Source: an uncultured virus (IMG/VR IMGVR_UViG_3300042888_001173)
Lineage: Duplodnaviria > Heunggongvirae > Uroviricota > Caudoviricetes
IMG/VR virus record: IMGVR_UViG_3300042888_001173
DNA length: 64,000 nucleotides
Direction: 5' to 3' (one strand)
In this document: positions 54,418 to 63,999 of the stretch, in pieces
How positions within the stretch are numbered: the stretch's first letter is position 1
Layout of the letters: each line of letters opens with the position of its first letter
Notes under the pieces: model-generated
Seen by the model: only the letters and a program-made list of their open reading frames with translations
Told to the model about the DNA's origin: nothing
Database searches by the model: none
Made by a program: the position numbers and the translations under genes

Positions 54418-54446
54418 ATTATACTACCTTTCTGACCAATGGTCAA
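54418..54446 (-). promoter_or_regulatory. sigma70-like promoter, leaderless transcript
   Basis: TTGACC-17bp-TATAAT, 6 nt before ATG. Confidence 0.75.
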
Positions 54447-54450
54447 TAGA

Positions 54451-54693
54451 TTAAAACATTTTTTTAGGAAGTTGTTGTTCTCTGAGCTTTTTATTCCAAC
54501 GTGCTTTGGCTGCGCCAGCTTTGCGTTTGCGCTCAGTTGTGGGTTTTTCATAAAATTCACGGGCACGTAGTTCTTCCAAAAGTCCACTGTCGTCTATTTT
54601 CTTTTTGAATCTTCTTAGAGCTTGATTGATATTTTCGTTTTCTTTGACAAAAACGGTATTACCAGTTAGTCTAATTGTATTATTGTTGTTCAT
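54451..54693 (-). CDS. rpsU: ribosomal protein bS21
   Basis: V.ENENI..ALRRFKK...[14 protein letters not shown]. Confidence 0.93.
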   Translation of the reverse strand: MNNNNTIRLTGNTVFVKENENINQALRRFKKKIDDSGLLEELRAREFYEKPTTERKRKAGAAKARWNKKLREQQLPKKMF

Positions 54694-55066
54694 AAGTTCC
54701 TATTACGGTTTCTAATAATTTGATGCAGTCATCAATACTATATATAGCCTTTGTATTGACCTTAGCTAGGTTTTTTAGTATCCCAAAATAAGATGAATTA
54801 CGTTGTGCAGCCATATAACCAGTTATTAACTGATTTTCGTGTTCCGCATTAAAGATTATATGGTGACTCTTGTGTTTTTTATCAAACAACCAATCTGGAC
54901 TACTGTTGTTCCAGATATAAAGAACCACCATTGGTAAATTATTGATTTTCGACAATGCTGTAGATAATAATTGTGTTTGGTCAGCGGTAAGATTGACCAG
55001 CAACAATCTCACACCATCGTAGGCTACGTCATCGGGATCGGTGACCAAAATCACTTTACTGTTCAT
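54680..55066 (-). CDS. hypothetical protein
   Basis: 128 aa. Confidence 0.65.
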   Translation of the reverse strand: MNSKVILVTDPDDVAYDGVRLLLVNLTADQTQLLSTALSKINNLPMVVLYIWNNSSPDWLFDKKHKSHHIIFNAEHENQLITGYMAAQRNSSYFGILKNLAKVNTKAIYSIDDCIKLLETVIGTYEQQ

Positions 55067-56513
55067 CTTTTTTTGCTTTCACACGTTGCCAAAGAGTGGA
55101 CTTAGTCTGTTCTGCATTTTGAACGTATTCTACACTTCCTTGGTTTTCTTGATCTGCTGTGTCCCTTGTTTCTCCAACCAGGTCACTGTCTTTTTTTTTA
55201 GATTCGTCTGCGAGAACACGTTGTTCTTCTATCCATTTGGCAGCTTCGCCAGCAGCATCATCGTGATCAGGCTGCGGCCTTAGATAAGATTGCCAGGGTA
55301 GTTCTTTGATAACATTACGTTCAAAAAGTTTTCTCTGAAGTTTCAAACTGCTGTCAGGATGATCTGCTTTCCAACGGGTCATTGCAGATGCTTCACTTTC
55401 AGATGCTTGCGCCAATTCATCTTCATCAGTGTGCTCTTCTTCTGTCGGTTCCTCAGTTTTATGGACCTGTGGACCCACTCGAAATTCTTCCGGTACTTGA
55501 CTTACCCACGGTTTTAAAAGATAAGGATGTTTTTCAAAAATACCCAATTCTCTGTCTTCGACTGATAGTGTTGGTCCTTGAACCGGGAATGGCCATAATG
55601 GGCTGCCGGCCGGAATAAAAGGTTCTGCTTTTATTTTGACATCTTGCTCTGCGGCTTCTTGATCTAATTGACGAGCACGTTCTTTGCCTTGTTCGAACCA
55701 TTCTTTTACTGCTAACTCGTCGTCTTCTTCTCGAGCAGTTCGGAACCATTGAAAACTGTATTGACTGGCCAACAACAAGATCACTGCCAGAGGATCAAAT
55801 ACCGCAACAATAATAATGATTACCCAGGTGACAGCTTTTTCTAATAGATTGGCATCTGGATTGCTTCCGTAAATAAAAGAAGCTATGTATTTTATTGGTC
55901 CAACCTCGGCCTCCACTTTTCGAACCTCTGCCGCAATAGGTGCTCTCTCACTGTTAAGTGTAGAGATGGTCTTTTGCGATTGAGCAATTTCTTGAGTAAT
56001 ACGGCCGCGATCTTTTTGCTGGGCTTTACGAATTGCGACTGCTTTTTCGGCACCCTTTTCATCTGTTGAGCGACCCATAACTTGGTCCACTGCCTCATCA
56101 AGTTGTTTGAGAACTTTACGATTTGCATCTATATTTTCTTTTTCTGTTTTGATTTTCTCATCATAGACGGCAATCCTACTTTGTACGTCACCGCTTACAA
56201 GACTTTGATCACTATGTGCTTTTGATAGGAATCCAAAGATACCCATTGATGTTATCACCATTAGGATAGCAATGGCCGCAATTAGATACGACCTAATAAA
56301 AATAGGAGCACGGGCCCAATTTATCTTGAGCCATACGGTGGCAATTAATTTGCTGACCTCTAACACAACACCCATTACAATAATAGGTATAACTGCGGCC
56401 GCAAAGATTGAAACAAGGCCAGCCACGCTGTACCAAATTGCCACAGCAGATATAGTTAGTCCGCTTAGAAGAGCCAACCAGGCTATGATTTTATCACTTA
56501 GATTTATTTTCAT
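55056..56513 (-). CDS. membrane protein with coiled coil
   Basis: Three N-terminal TMs, GFLSKAH, EVGPIKYIA, FDPLA. Confidence 0.75.
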   Translation of the reverse strand: MKINLSDKIIAWLALLSGLTISAVAIWYSVAGLVSIFAAAVIPIIVMGVVLEVSKLIATVWLKINWARAPIFIRSYLIAAIAILMVITSMGIFGFLSKAHSDQSLVSGDVQSRIAVYDEKIKTEKENIDANRKVLKQLDEAVDQVMGRSTDEKGAEKAVAIRKAQQKDRGRITQEIAQSQKTISTLNSERAPIAAEVRKVEAEVGPIKYIASFIYGSNPDANLLEKAVTWVIIIIVAVFDPLAVILLLASQYSFQWFRTAREEDDELAVKEWFEQGKERARQLDQEAAEQDVKIKAEPFIPAGSPLWPFPVQGPTLSVEDRELGIFEKHPYLLKPWVSQVPEEFRVGPQVHKTEEPTEEEHTDEDELAQASESEASAMTRWKADHPDSSLKLQRKLFERNVIKELPWQSYLRPQPDHDDAAGEAAKWIEEQRVLADESKKKDSDLVGETRDTADQENQGSVEYVQNAEQTKSTLWQRVKAKKDEQ

Positions 56514-56561
56514 TGAGCTAGTATTTACCGGCCTTTAATAAAGTTAAAAACTATACTAAAT

Positions 56562-56897
56562 TTATTTAAAAAATATCAGCGCCATCATTACTGCTTGGAC
56601 AATAAACCCCAATCCGATAGTAACTACATTGAGCATATCTTTTTGCACCGTGGCTTTAACAAACAACAAGGTCAGGCCGCCCCAACATAACAGCACAAGA
56701 TCCACTGCGGGCATCTTGTCAGTTAGGCCGCTCATTACTGCAAACAGACTAGGAACAGTAGCAGCGTGTAAGACAATAACTGCCAACCAACCAAATGTTT
56801 CTGCTGAAATATGACTGACCTTAGCCGTAGCCCAAGTTTTAAATTCTTGAAGATTTTCAAATTGGGGTAACGGATTAAATTTATTTAGATTAGCCAT
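56562..56897 (-). CDS. small multi-TM membrane protein
   Basis: Three hydrophobic segments, coupled to the hydrolase. Confidence 0.7.
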   Translation of the reverse strand: MANLNKFNPLPQFENLQEFKTWATAKVSHISAETFGWLAVIVLHAATVPSLFAVMSGLTDKMPAVDLVLLCWGGLTLLFVKATVQKDMLNVVTIGLGFIVQAVMMALIFFK

Positions 56898-57444
56898 TTG
56901 TTTTCTTTCCTTTGTAAAAGATATGATTACCGATTGATCCAATTTTTTCTAAAGGCCAACGAGGATTGACATAGTTAGCATGATAATACAATGCTTCTTT
57001 CATTACGTCAAGTCGAAAGCCTTCCAATAACACTTTCTTGGCCACAGCCATACTTTCATTATAAGCTGATTGGTTAACAGGTCTAGCTTTGTGAGCAGTG
57101 TCACAGTACCATGAGAATTGGCAAATGACTCTGTCTATCACTACTGACTTTTGAAAAACAACTGCACAGACATCTTTTGGGAACGAAGGATGAGCCGCCC
57201 TGTTCATAGTGACCTGTGCTACTGCTACTTTGCCTTCAAAGTTTTCGTGGCCTGCTTCGCGATAGATATTCATCGCTAGACATTCTAGTTGTCGTTCTCT
57301 AGTTTTGATTGACACAATATCAGGCGATGATAACATCTGACCCTCACGTAGCTTTGCCATTTTGGTCTGAGTAATACTTTGCACCAACATGGCTACTACA
57401 ACTAAGCCCATAACATAGGCTGTAAATCTAAATAACTTTTCCAT
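56890..57444 (-). CDS. cell wall hydrolase, SleB/Hydrolase_2 family
   Basis: CLAMNIYREA, VAQVTMNR, CQFSW, YYHA.YV.P.W, IGNHIFY; N-terminal TM. Confidence 0.92.
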   Translation of the reverse strand: MEKLFRFTAYVMGLVVVAMLVQSITQTKMAKLREGQMLSSPDIVSIKTRERQLECLAMNIYREAGHENFEGKVAVAQVTMNRAAHPSFPKDVCAVVFQKSVVIDRVICQFSWYCDTAHKARPVNQSAYNESMAVAKKVLLEGFRLDVMKEALYYHANYVNPRWPLEKIGSIGNHIFYKGKKTNG

Positions 57445-57730
57445 AAGTCCTCCTTTGACTTGGTGTTGTAAAACTTCTACAACATTACATAAAGGGAGTT
57501 AACTTCACGAGGCTCTGACAGAACCCTACTTTCGTGTAGTTGTCTCCATTAGCCACCACAACTTGTGGTACCTTTGGCGACCCTTGGCATCCCGAAAATA
57601 CGGGTTTCTCATTGGCCAAGACCCGCGGACATGATTTTGATGGTATCTCTGTCATGTCAACTATCTCAGTTTCTTTGCGAAACGTTTAATATATACCCCA
57701 TAGATTCGAAATCTCCCGAGAAACTGGTGA

Positions 57731-58123
57731 TTATCGACGCATTTTGGAGATATCTTGTGCTTCTTCGTCCGAAAACACAGGCACCGCATTTGACTTGTGC
57801 ATAGTGGCAATGCCTTTGACCTTGGTTCCTGTGTAGACTGGATTAGGTCGCAATACTGCATTGCCACCTGTGTTCACGCTCTTGATGTGAGCAGTACTAC
57901 GGTCTGCCGGAATGGCAAGACTGTAATTTCCCTTGAGTGGTTCTGCAGACAATGCTCGTTTACGCTTCTTGTCTTCAATTTCTACAGCCCATTTCTTCTG
58001 TAGTTCTTTCCAACTTTCGTCCAATTCTCTAGCCTTTCTAGCGTGTTCAGCTGATGCAAACTTTTGCTTGCCTTTGCGTTTACCTGTGGTACTAAGCCAC
58101 GGGCCTTCTAAATGCATTGTCAA
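57731..58123 (-). CDS. basic hypothetical phage protein
   Basis: YTG....GIATMHKSNAVPVF; GGAGG SD. Confidence 0.75.
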   Translation of the reverse strand: MTMHLEGPWLSTTGKRKGKQKFASAEHARKARELDESWKELQKKWAVEIEDKKRKRALSAEPLKGNYSLAIPADRSTAHIKSVNTGGNAVLRPNPVYTGTKVKGIATMHKSNAVPVFSDEEAQDISKMRR

Positions 58124-58156
58124 AAGAAACCTCCAAACTTGTTAAACTATGTTAGT

Positions 58157-58185
58157 AGTATAACATTTAGTTTGGAGGTTGTCAA
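58157..58185 (-). promoter_or_regulatory. sigma70-like promoter
   Basis: TTGACA-17bp-TATACT. Confidence 0.78.
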
Positions 58186-58194
58186 GACCCAATA

Positions 58195-58839
58195 TTACAA
58201 ATCTATAGTTTCGGGATCTACCAATGCCAATTCTTCAAATCCCCAACTCCTTTCCTCGCAAGAATAACATAAATTGCATTTTCCTCTGAGCTGCCGAGAA
58301 CAAGAATGTGTATATGGTATTATAAAGTCAGTTCCTAGTTTGTACAATATATCAGTCATGTGTGGTTTAAGTAGATCCAAAAAAGGTTGCTGATACAATG
58401 GAGTTTGTTTGTAGACAAAACCTAGGCTGCCTTTGAATATTTTAATATCCGGCGATGGCATATTGTTTCCGCTCAGATAAATTTGTCCGTTAAACTGTTT
58501 GCATGTTTCAGCAACAACATTAGAGTCCATTCTTCCCTGGCGAATTGCCTCTTCAGTATTAGGAATATTATTCACGTGCAATATGCCAACTTGAAAATGG
58601 TCTTCAAACTGCTTTAAAATACGAGTTGCATACCTTGTCTCGCCTGTTGGTTTTTCTATAGTGAAAGCAGTCAATGATACTGTTTTTAATCGATCAGTCT
58701 GATATAGTTCTGTTAAAATTAAAGATAACATTGCAGACGAGTCTAAACCGCCCGACATAAAAATTCCAATATTATCTACTTCCGGAATAGTAAAAGTAAA
58801 CTCGCGTTCTAGGTGTTTAGGTCCAATTGTTATTTTCAT
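58195..58839 (-). CDS. QueC-like PP-loop ATPase with Zn-binding Cys cluster
   Basis: MSGGLDS; THSC-x7-CNLCYSC..R. Confidence 0.7.
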   Translation of the reverse strand: MKITIGPKHLEREFTFTIPEVDNIGIFMSGGLDSSAMLSLILTELYQTDRLKTVSLTAFTIEKPTGETRYATRILKQFEDHFQVGILHVNNIPNTEEAIRQGRMDSNVVAETCKQFNGQIYLSGNNMPSPDIKIFKGSLGFVYKQTPLYQQPFLDLLKPHMTDILYKLGTDFIIPYTHSCSRQLRGKCNLCYSCEERSWGFEELALVDPETIDL

Positions 58840-58864
58840 ACTGTGGTTATTTATTAAATACAGA

Positions 58865-59569
58865 ATGACCACTGATCCTAAATTTGCTTTTCCTACTAAA
58901 CCAAACGACTTTTCATCGTCTTTAAATATCGATGTATCAACCGAACATTTAATGTGCGAAATGCAATTAAGTGCAATAGGTTGCTGGGAGCCTTTAGATT
59001 TTTTAATTGATCAGTCAATTTGGGAAGACGACAAGGGTAGGCTTAAAGACCTATGGCGACCGTTCCAGCCAAAAGAAGGAATAACCAACGATAGAGATTC
59101 AATTTTATTGTTTGGGTTGAACGGTGACACTGCAATCAGTCCAACGGGATTGTCGCACGTTCACGCAAAAATAGGTCGTTTTCCAAAAGAAACTGAATTT
59201 ACCTATCCAACTGATGCTGTTCCTCTACTACATTCTTGTCAGGAAATTATGGAATTCTTCTCCCCTATGTGTCGTAGTTTTATCATAAGATTAAATGCCG
59301 GCGGCTTTTACCCAAGACACAGAGATCACTTTTTACTTAATCGTGATACATTTAGGCTTGTTACTTTTTTAGGTAACTCGAGCGATAATTTGGAATGGGA
59401 AGTAGAAGGTAATATTAAAACATTTTTACCAAATACTACCTACTATATCGATACTAGAAAAATGCATAGACTATCGTCGTGGAATCACGGCTCAACTATG
59501 ATAGTATGGAATGTTCGAAAAACATGGGTCAACGTTCTAAAAGTTTTAACACGATTAAAACATAAATGA
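58865..59569 (+). CDS. aspartyl/asparaginyl beta-hydroxylase-like oxygenase
   Basis: RS....L..GG..PRHRD...YYIDT..MH. Confidence 0.65.
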   Translation: MTTDPKFAFPTKPNDFSSSLNIDVSTEHLMCEMQLSAIGCWEPLDFLIDQSIWEDDKGRLKDLWRPFQPKEGITNDRDSILLFGLNGDTAISPTGLSHVHAKIGRFPKETEFTYPTDAVPLLHSCQEIMEFFSPMCRSFIIRLNAGGFYPRHRDHFLLNRDTFRLVTFLGNSSDNLEWEVEGNIKTFLPNTTYYIDTRKMHRLSSWNHGSTMIVWNVRKTWVNVLKVLTRLKHK

Positions 59570-59575
59570 ACAGTA

Positions 59576-60082
59576 TCAGCTGTTCAACACCTTAGCAACT
59601 GAATTCATAACTGCCGCGATTCTACCAATGTCACGCAGTTGCTCTACACTATAGCCTTCTGTTTTTAGTGTTTCATAATGTGCTTTCACACAGAAGTGAC
59701 ACTTGCCCACAATACTAGCTGCCAAAGAGAATGCTTCAAAATTTGCCTTAGTAGTTCCGCCGTGACTAGCAATAGCGTTCATGCGTAACTGTGCTGGCAA
59801 TCCTTTTAGACTAGGATCATCTGCCATTTCAACGTAAGGGTACCATACATTGTTCTGTGCCATAATACTAGCGGCTGTCATTGCAGAGTCAGCATGTACT
59901 GGAGCATCTGCTAACAACACCGCAAGCACCTTGCCGTTGCCAGTTGCGGCCAATGCAGCCACAGCACACCCCATAGCCACATCTGCATCTAGTGTACTAC
60001 GCAAAAGGACAGCGTCCAAGTTTAACTTAGTGTCCTTTGCGTATTCTGGTAATACGCCTTTTACTGATTCAATAAAACTCAT
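59576..60082 (-). CDS. ahpD: alkylhydroperoxidase AhpD
   Basis: PEYAKD.KLNL, MAQNNVWY, CHFCVKAH. Confidence 0.92.
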   Translation of the reverse strand: MSFIESVKGVLPEYAKDTKLNLDAVLLRSTLDADVAMGCAVAALAATGNGKVLAVLLADAPVHADSAMTAASIMAQNNVWYPYVEMADDPSLKGLPAQLRMNAIASHGGTTKANFEAFSLAASIVGKCHFCVKAHYETLKTEGYSVEQLRDIGRIAAVMNSVAKVLNS

Positions 60083-60083
60083 T

Positions 60084-60500
60084 TTATGCTACCTCATCTT
60101 TCTTATCGCTAGGGAATTTTGCACTAGTGTATCGAATAACCAATACGCTGATGGCAATAATAAATGTGGAACCAGCCACTGACAGCATCTCAACAATGTT
60201 GATGGGCTGGTGACTCATGATGTCTACCATGTGCCGGGTCAATGCAGTTATTGCTATGTAAAGTAGAAACCTAACAGGCATATGATTGGTTCTAAAGTAA
60301 ATCCCAACCATGGCCCCAATTTCCAAATAGATAAACATTAGCAACAAGTCGGCAACTCCGGCATGGTGCTTCTGGAACATTTCAAAAAACGTCCAGCCAG
60401 CGGCCCATACCGTTGCGGCGCCTATTCCAAAAAGTGCCAATCGGTGAAAAATATCAACTAAAGTATTTCCAACACGATCAACATTTTTTGTGTTTAACAT
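60084..60500 (-). CDS. PsiE-family membrane protein
   Basis: DLLLMFIYLE, H.PVRF..YIAITAL.R. Confidence 0.88.
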   Translation of the reverse strand: MLNTKNVDRVGNTLVDIFHRLALFGIGAATVWAAGWTFFEMFQKHHAGVADLLLMFIYLEIGAMVGIYFRTNHMPVRFLLYIAITALTRHMVDIMSHQPINIVEMLSVAGSTFIIAISVLVIRYTSAKFPSDKKDEVA

Positions 60501-61039
60501 TATAGAGTCTCTCCGCCCACTGTACGATTACAAGCACAGAGTTCACCTGTTTGTAGCGCATCCAACACACGAAGTGTTTCTTCTGGGCTACGACCAACAT
60601 TTAAGTTATTGACTGTAACATGCTGAATCTCGTTGCTTGGATCAACAATGAATGTGGCACGTAATGCCGCACCAGCTGGAGCATAGAACACACCCAGTTG
60701 TTCAATCAAGCTCAACTCACCACGCTGTGTATCAGCAAACTGGTGATGTGTGATTTTCTTCAAATCAGCGTGTGCAGTCTGCCATGCTACTTTACAGAAC
60801 TCATTATCTGTTGAACCTGTTAGCAGGACTGCATCACGGTCAGCAAAGTCTTGTGTCAACTTGTCGTAGGCCACAATCTCTGTTGGGCAAACAAATGTAA
60901 AGTCTTTTGGATAGTAAACGATTACTTTCCACTTGCCTTCGAAACTATTTTCTGTAATAGTGTAGAACGCATCTTCTGGTTGTCCTGGCTTGACACCTGT
61001 AATTGCGAATGGGGCTAATTTATCTCCAACTGTTTTCAT
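60500..61039 (-). CDS. ahpC: peroxiredoxin AhpC
   Basis: YPKDFTFVCPTEI, GELCAC. Confidence 0.96.
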   Translation of the reverse strand: MKTVGDKLAPFAITGVKPGQPEDAFYTITENSFEGKWKVIVYYPKDFTFVCPTEIVAYDKLTQDFADRDAVLLTGSTDNEFCKVAWQTAHADLKKITHHQFADTQRGELSLIEQLGVFYAPAGAALRATFIVDPSNEIQHVTVNNLNVGRSPEETLRVLDALQTGELCACNRTVGGETL

Positions 61040-61167
61040 GCTTATATCTCCTTGTGTGTGAATGAAACAATAATTATTGTACATTTATTTACGCTATAAA
61101 TCAATGGTTTTCCATTAGTTTTGACTAATATTTTTTAATGGCACTAATAGGAAGAACTAATAATAGA

Positions 61168-61187
61168 AAAGGCTCCGAAGAGCCTTT
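61168..61187 (-). terminator. intrinsic terminator
   Basis: AAAGGCTC-TTCG-GAGCCTTT. Confidence 0.75.
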
Positions 61188-61204
61188 GGTAAATTGTAAA
61201 GTGT

Positions 61205-62101
61205 TTACACTACCGGAGTATACTCAATACCTGTAGTTGCTAGACCAACTAACCCAATAGTAGTTTCAAAAGCTGCCAACTCGCTGGCAGCAACTAAGAC
61301 GTCAGCCTGACTCAACTTGTTGTTGGTCATCCATGCTGTGTAGTCTGTAACCTGTGTCAATGTAGCATCAGTGCCGTAGACATTTTTGTAAACGTGCTTG
61401 ATAAATGTTTCATTGCTAACACCACCTGCATCTGTTTTGTAAACATCTGTGGCTAACAATGCTGTGGCTAATTCCTTGTTGGTCCAACCTGAATCAGCAA
61501 GTCGAATGCCAACACCTGTATAGGCTTTGGTAACATCAGCTGTACCAAGTGCGGCAGCTAACAATGCGTAAACATCACCTGCACGACCTGCGGCATCATA
61601 GGCAACAGCCTTGTCCGTGAACACCACACGCTCGTGGTTGGCAAGATTGAATTCCATGTTGCTGACCAATGTGCTGGCTAACTTTACATTGTCAGCAGTT
61701 TTAGTAACTGTGAACTCTGTGCTCTTGCCACCCATTGCATAAGTGTCAACTCCGGTAGTACCAGTAACGTCAACTGTGATATCCACTGTGCCATCACCTG
61801 CGCGACCTGTACCCACTACACCAAAGGTGGCAATCTTACCTGCGGTGCCAACTGTGGCCACTGTGACGATCAAGTTGTTAGCCACTGCGCCGCCTAATGC
61901 TGTACCAGCAAGGGTGATTGTGTCGCCGGCAAGGTAACCTGTACCTGCACTGGCTGCTAGACTGTCTAGAACAACAGAGTATACTCCGTCTGTTTTAGTA
62001 ACATCAAACGCAGCACCGGTTCCGGTTCCGCCTGTTAGGCCTGTGACATTTTGATAAGTTGCGTTAATTGGTTTGTCTTTGATCGTGATTGTTGTTGTCA
62101 T
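61205..62101 (-). CDS. Thr/Gly-rich protein with C-terminal DUF4214/S-layer-like segment
   Basis: ER..F.D...A.D, Y.....G, SNETFI..VY.NV.G. Confidence 0.6.
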   Translation of the reverse strand: MTTTITIKDKPINATYQNVTGLTGGTGTGAAFDVTKTDGVYSVVLDSLAASAGTGYLAGDTITLAGTALGGAVANNLIVTVATVGTAGKIATFGVVGTGRAGDGTVDITVDVTGTTGVDTYAMGGKSTEFTVTKTADNVKLASTLVSNMEFNLANHERVVFTDKAVAYDAAGRAGDVYALLAAALGTADVTKAYTGVGIRLADSGWTNKELATALLATDVYKTDAGGVSNETFIKHVYKNVYGTDATLTQVTDYTAWMTNNKLSQADVLVAASELAAFETTIGLVGLATTGIEYTPVV

Positions 62102-62228
62102 AATTTTCCTTTTTAATAATATGAGTCATAAACTTAATTAGTGGTTTATACTACCATTATACGCAAAATATCAAACAAAACTTGTGCGTACACGCACAAC
62201 TTCGATGTGATAATTGATTAACTTTACC

Positions 62229-62254
62229 AAAAAACCCGCCGAAGCGGGTTTTTT
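62229..62254. terminator. intrinsic terminator
   Basis: AAAAAACCCGCCGAAGCGGGTTTTTT. Confidence 0.88.
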
Positions 62255-62267
62255 GATTGTATTTAAT

Positions 62268-63851
62268 TTACTCGACAATGAATAAATTGTTAAATCTATC
62301 TTCTGCTTCTTGATCTGTGATATCGTCGATAACCTCTGGCTCTTCTATATGTAGAGCTAGGAATCCTGCCATAGTTATTGTTTCTGCTTCAGCATCTAAT
62401 GAGCTAATCCACTCTTTCATAAACTGTTTTGGTAGACAGAAGTAAAAACGTTTTCTTATTTGCTTTTGTTGCTTGTACCAGGGTTGAGCAGAAACATACT
62501 TTATATAACTAAACACAAATTCGTACGGAAGGGAAATGCCCTCTTCGTTCTCAGTTGCGGTATTCCAATATACCTTAAATTTGTCTGTTAGGTTGTCAGC
62601 CATATTTTTTAAAGGAACAGTCCTACAGCACCCCGGACTACTATTTCTAGTAATGTCATATTCACAATACCCAAAGTAATCAGTACTTCCGCTAGACGGA
62701 TTAGATGTAAAGTAAAAACTAGGTTGCGGATTTGGATTTAGTTCGTATACAAAACTACATTTTTTTAATGCTATATTTCTAAAATAGAATCGTGTTACTT
62801 TACGTTGCTGAATTGGTTTATAATTTTTGTCATCTGCAAAAATTGATAAATCTTTGACTACTGTTTTAACTTCGTTTATATAATCTGCAATTTGTTCTAA
62901 TTTAGACTGTACTTTAACAGGGTCTTTACTGCTAAGAATTTTCAAATGGAATTTTTTATTGTGCGTTAAATCTGTAGCCAATGACGCCGCAGTAACGGGA
63001 TTACTAAAAATCCTAACCAATCTATTCTTAAATTCTGTTTGAGATTCACCAGGCGAACTAATTAGAAAACTTTCTGCAGGAACTGACCCTAAGTAAGTTT
63101 TTTTAAAAATTTGCTGAAATGGGATATCTGGTGATAATAGTTGTAATACTTCATCCACTGGCTCTTCTACTCCATTATGTAGAGTATTGTAGTTAGTAGT
63201 GTCGCCACCAATCTGCATACTAAGTACAATCAGTCCTTGTGCTACATTATCAAACTTGGATGGATCTACGTCGAACACTGCTACAATTTTAAAATACTTT
63301 TTTAAGAAGTTTTTAAATTGTAGATAAAATTTAGAATCGTTAGTAACTAGACTTTTTGGAATAACATAATGGATCCCGCCAGTATAGTTATTGGTAATCA
63401 TAATGTCTGCCGTTTTTATAATAAAGAAAACAGCTTCTTCTCTAATACCAGTAACTTCATACTTGTGTGCTAGTGCTTTTACATATTTTTTATGTGTAGT
63501 TAAACTGTATGCAGGGCTTCTAAAAGGAACATTGCCAATAAAAGATACACTCTTATTTTCAAAAACTAATTCTTTATCAATGTCATAAAAATTAGAATGG
63601 TACAGATCCAAATTAGGAAATCGGTCAACTCCCTTGTCGTACCATTCTTGATCAAGCTCAACTCCCACAATTTTTTTGTCAGGATACATTTCGATCATAG
63701 GTTCAATGAACCCGCAGCCCCCGAAACTAGGTTCAATTACAATATCAGAGTCAACTTTTATATTACCCAGAATTTCTTTAACAAGATCCACGGGTGTAAA
63801 AAATTGTCCTAACTGATATTTTTTTGATTGTATATTTTTTTCTTCTAGCAT
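62268..63851 (-). CDS. N6-adenine DNA methyltransferase-like protein
   Basis: LGQFFTP, IEPSFGGCGF (motif I), IGNVPF (motif IV variant). Confidence 0.8.
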   Translation of the reverse strand: MLEEKNIQSKKYQLGQFFTPVDLVKEILGNIKVDSDIVIEPSFGGCGFIEPMIEMYPDKKIVGVELDQEWYDKGVDRFPNLDLYHSNFYDIDKELVFENKSVSFIGNVPFRSPAYSLTTHKKYVKALAHKYEVTGIREEAVFFIIKTADIMITNNYTGGIHYVIPKSLVTNDSKFYLQFKNFLKKYFKIVAVFDVDPSKFDNVAQGLIVLSMQIGGDTTNYNTLHNGVEEPVDEVLQLLSPDIPFQQIFKKTYLGSVPAESFLISSPGESQTEFKNRLVRIFSNPVTAASLATDLTHNKKFHLKILSSKDPVKVQSKLEQIADYINEVKTVVKDLSIFADDKNYKPIQQRKVTRFYFRNIALKKCSFVYELNPNPQPSFYFTSNPSSGSTDYFGYCEYDITRNSSPGCCRTVPLKNMADNLTDKFKVYWNTATENEEGISLPYEFVFSYIKYVSAQPWYKQQKQIRKRFYFCLPKQFMKEWISSLDAEAETITMAGFLALHIEEPEVIDDITDQEAEDRFNNLFIVE

Positions 63852-63858
63852 TTTATAT

Positions 63859-63999
63859 TTAGTACACCAAGTTTTCGTATTTAGATAAATCGTATTTAGA
63901 TAAATCTGTAAGGAATGGAGTTTCCCATGTGATGTCTAATAAGAACAAATCATGGAATTTTTCCGGTCTACTAATTTGTCCTTCTGTAGTGTGTCCTCG
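63859..63999 (-). CDS. 3' end of a gene entering from beyond the window
   Basis: ...RGHTTEGQISRPEKFHDLFLLDITWETPFLTDLSKYDLSKYENLVY*. Confidence 0.6.
   Translation of the reverse strand, partial: RGHTTEGQISRPEKFHDLFLLDITWETPFLTDLSKYDLSKYENLVY

Noticed and set aside
51847..61039. Bacterial chromosome origin suggested by dnaK, ahpC, clpS and rpsU
   Set aside because: No grpE/dnaJ or ribosomal operon context; the genes are embedded among phage-type hypotheticals, fibre genes and late-promoter motifs
63878..63907. 15-bp tandem repeat GTATTTAGATAAATC x2
   Set aside because: In-frame duplication (DLSKY DLSKY) within a CDS end; only two copies
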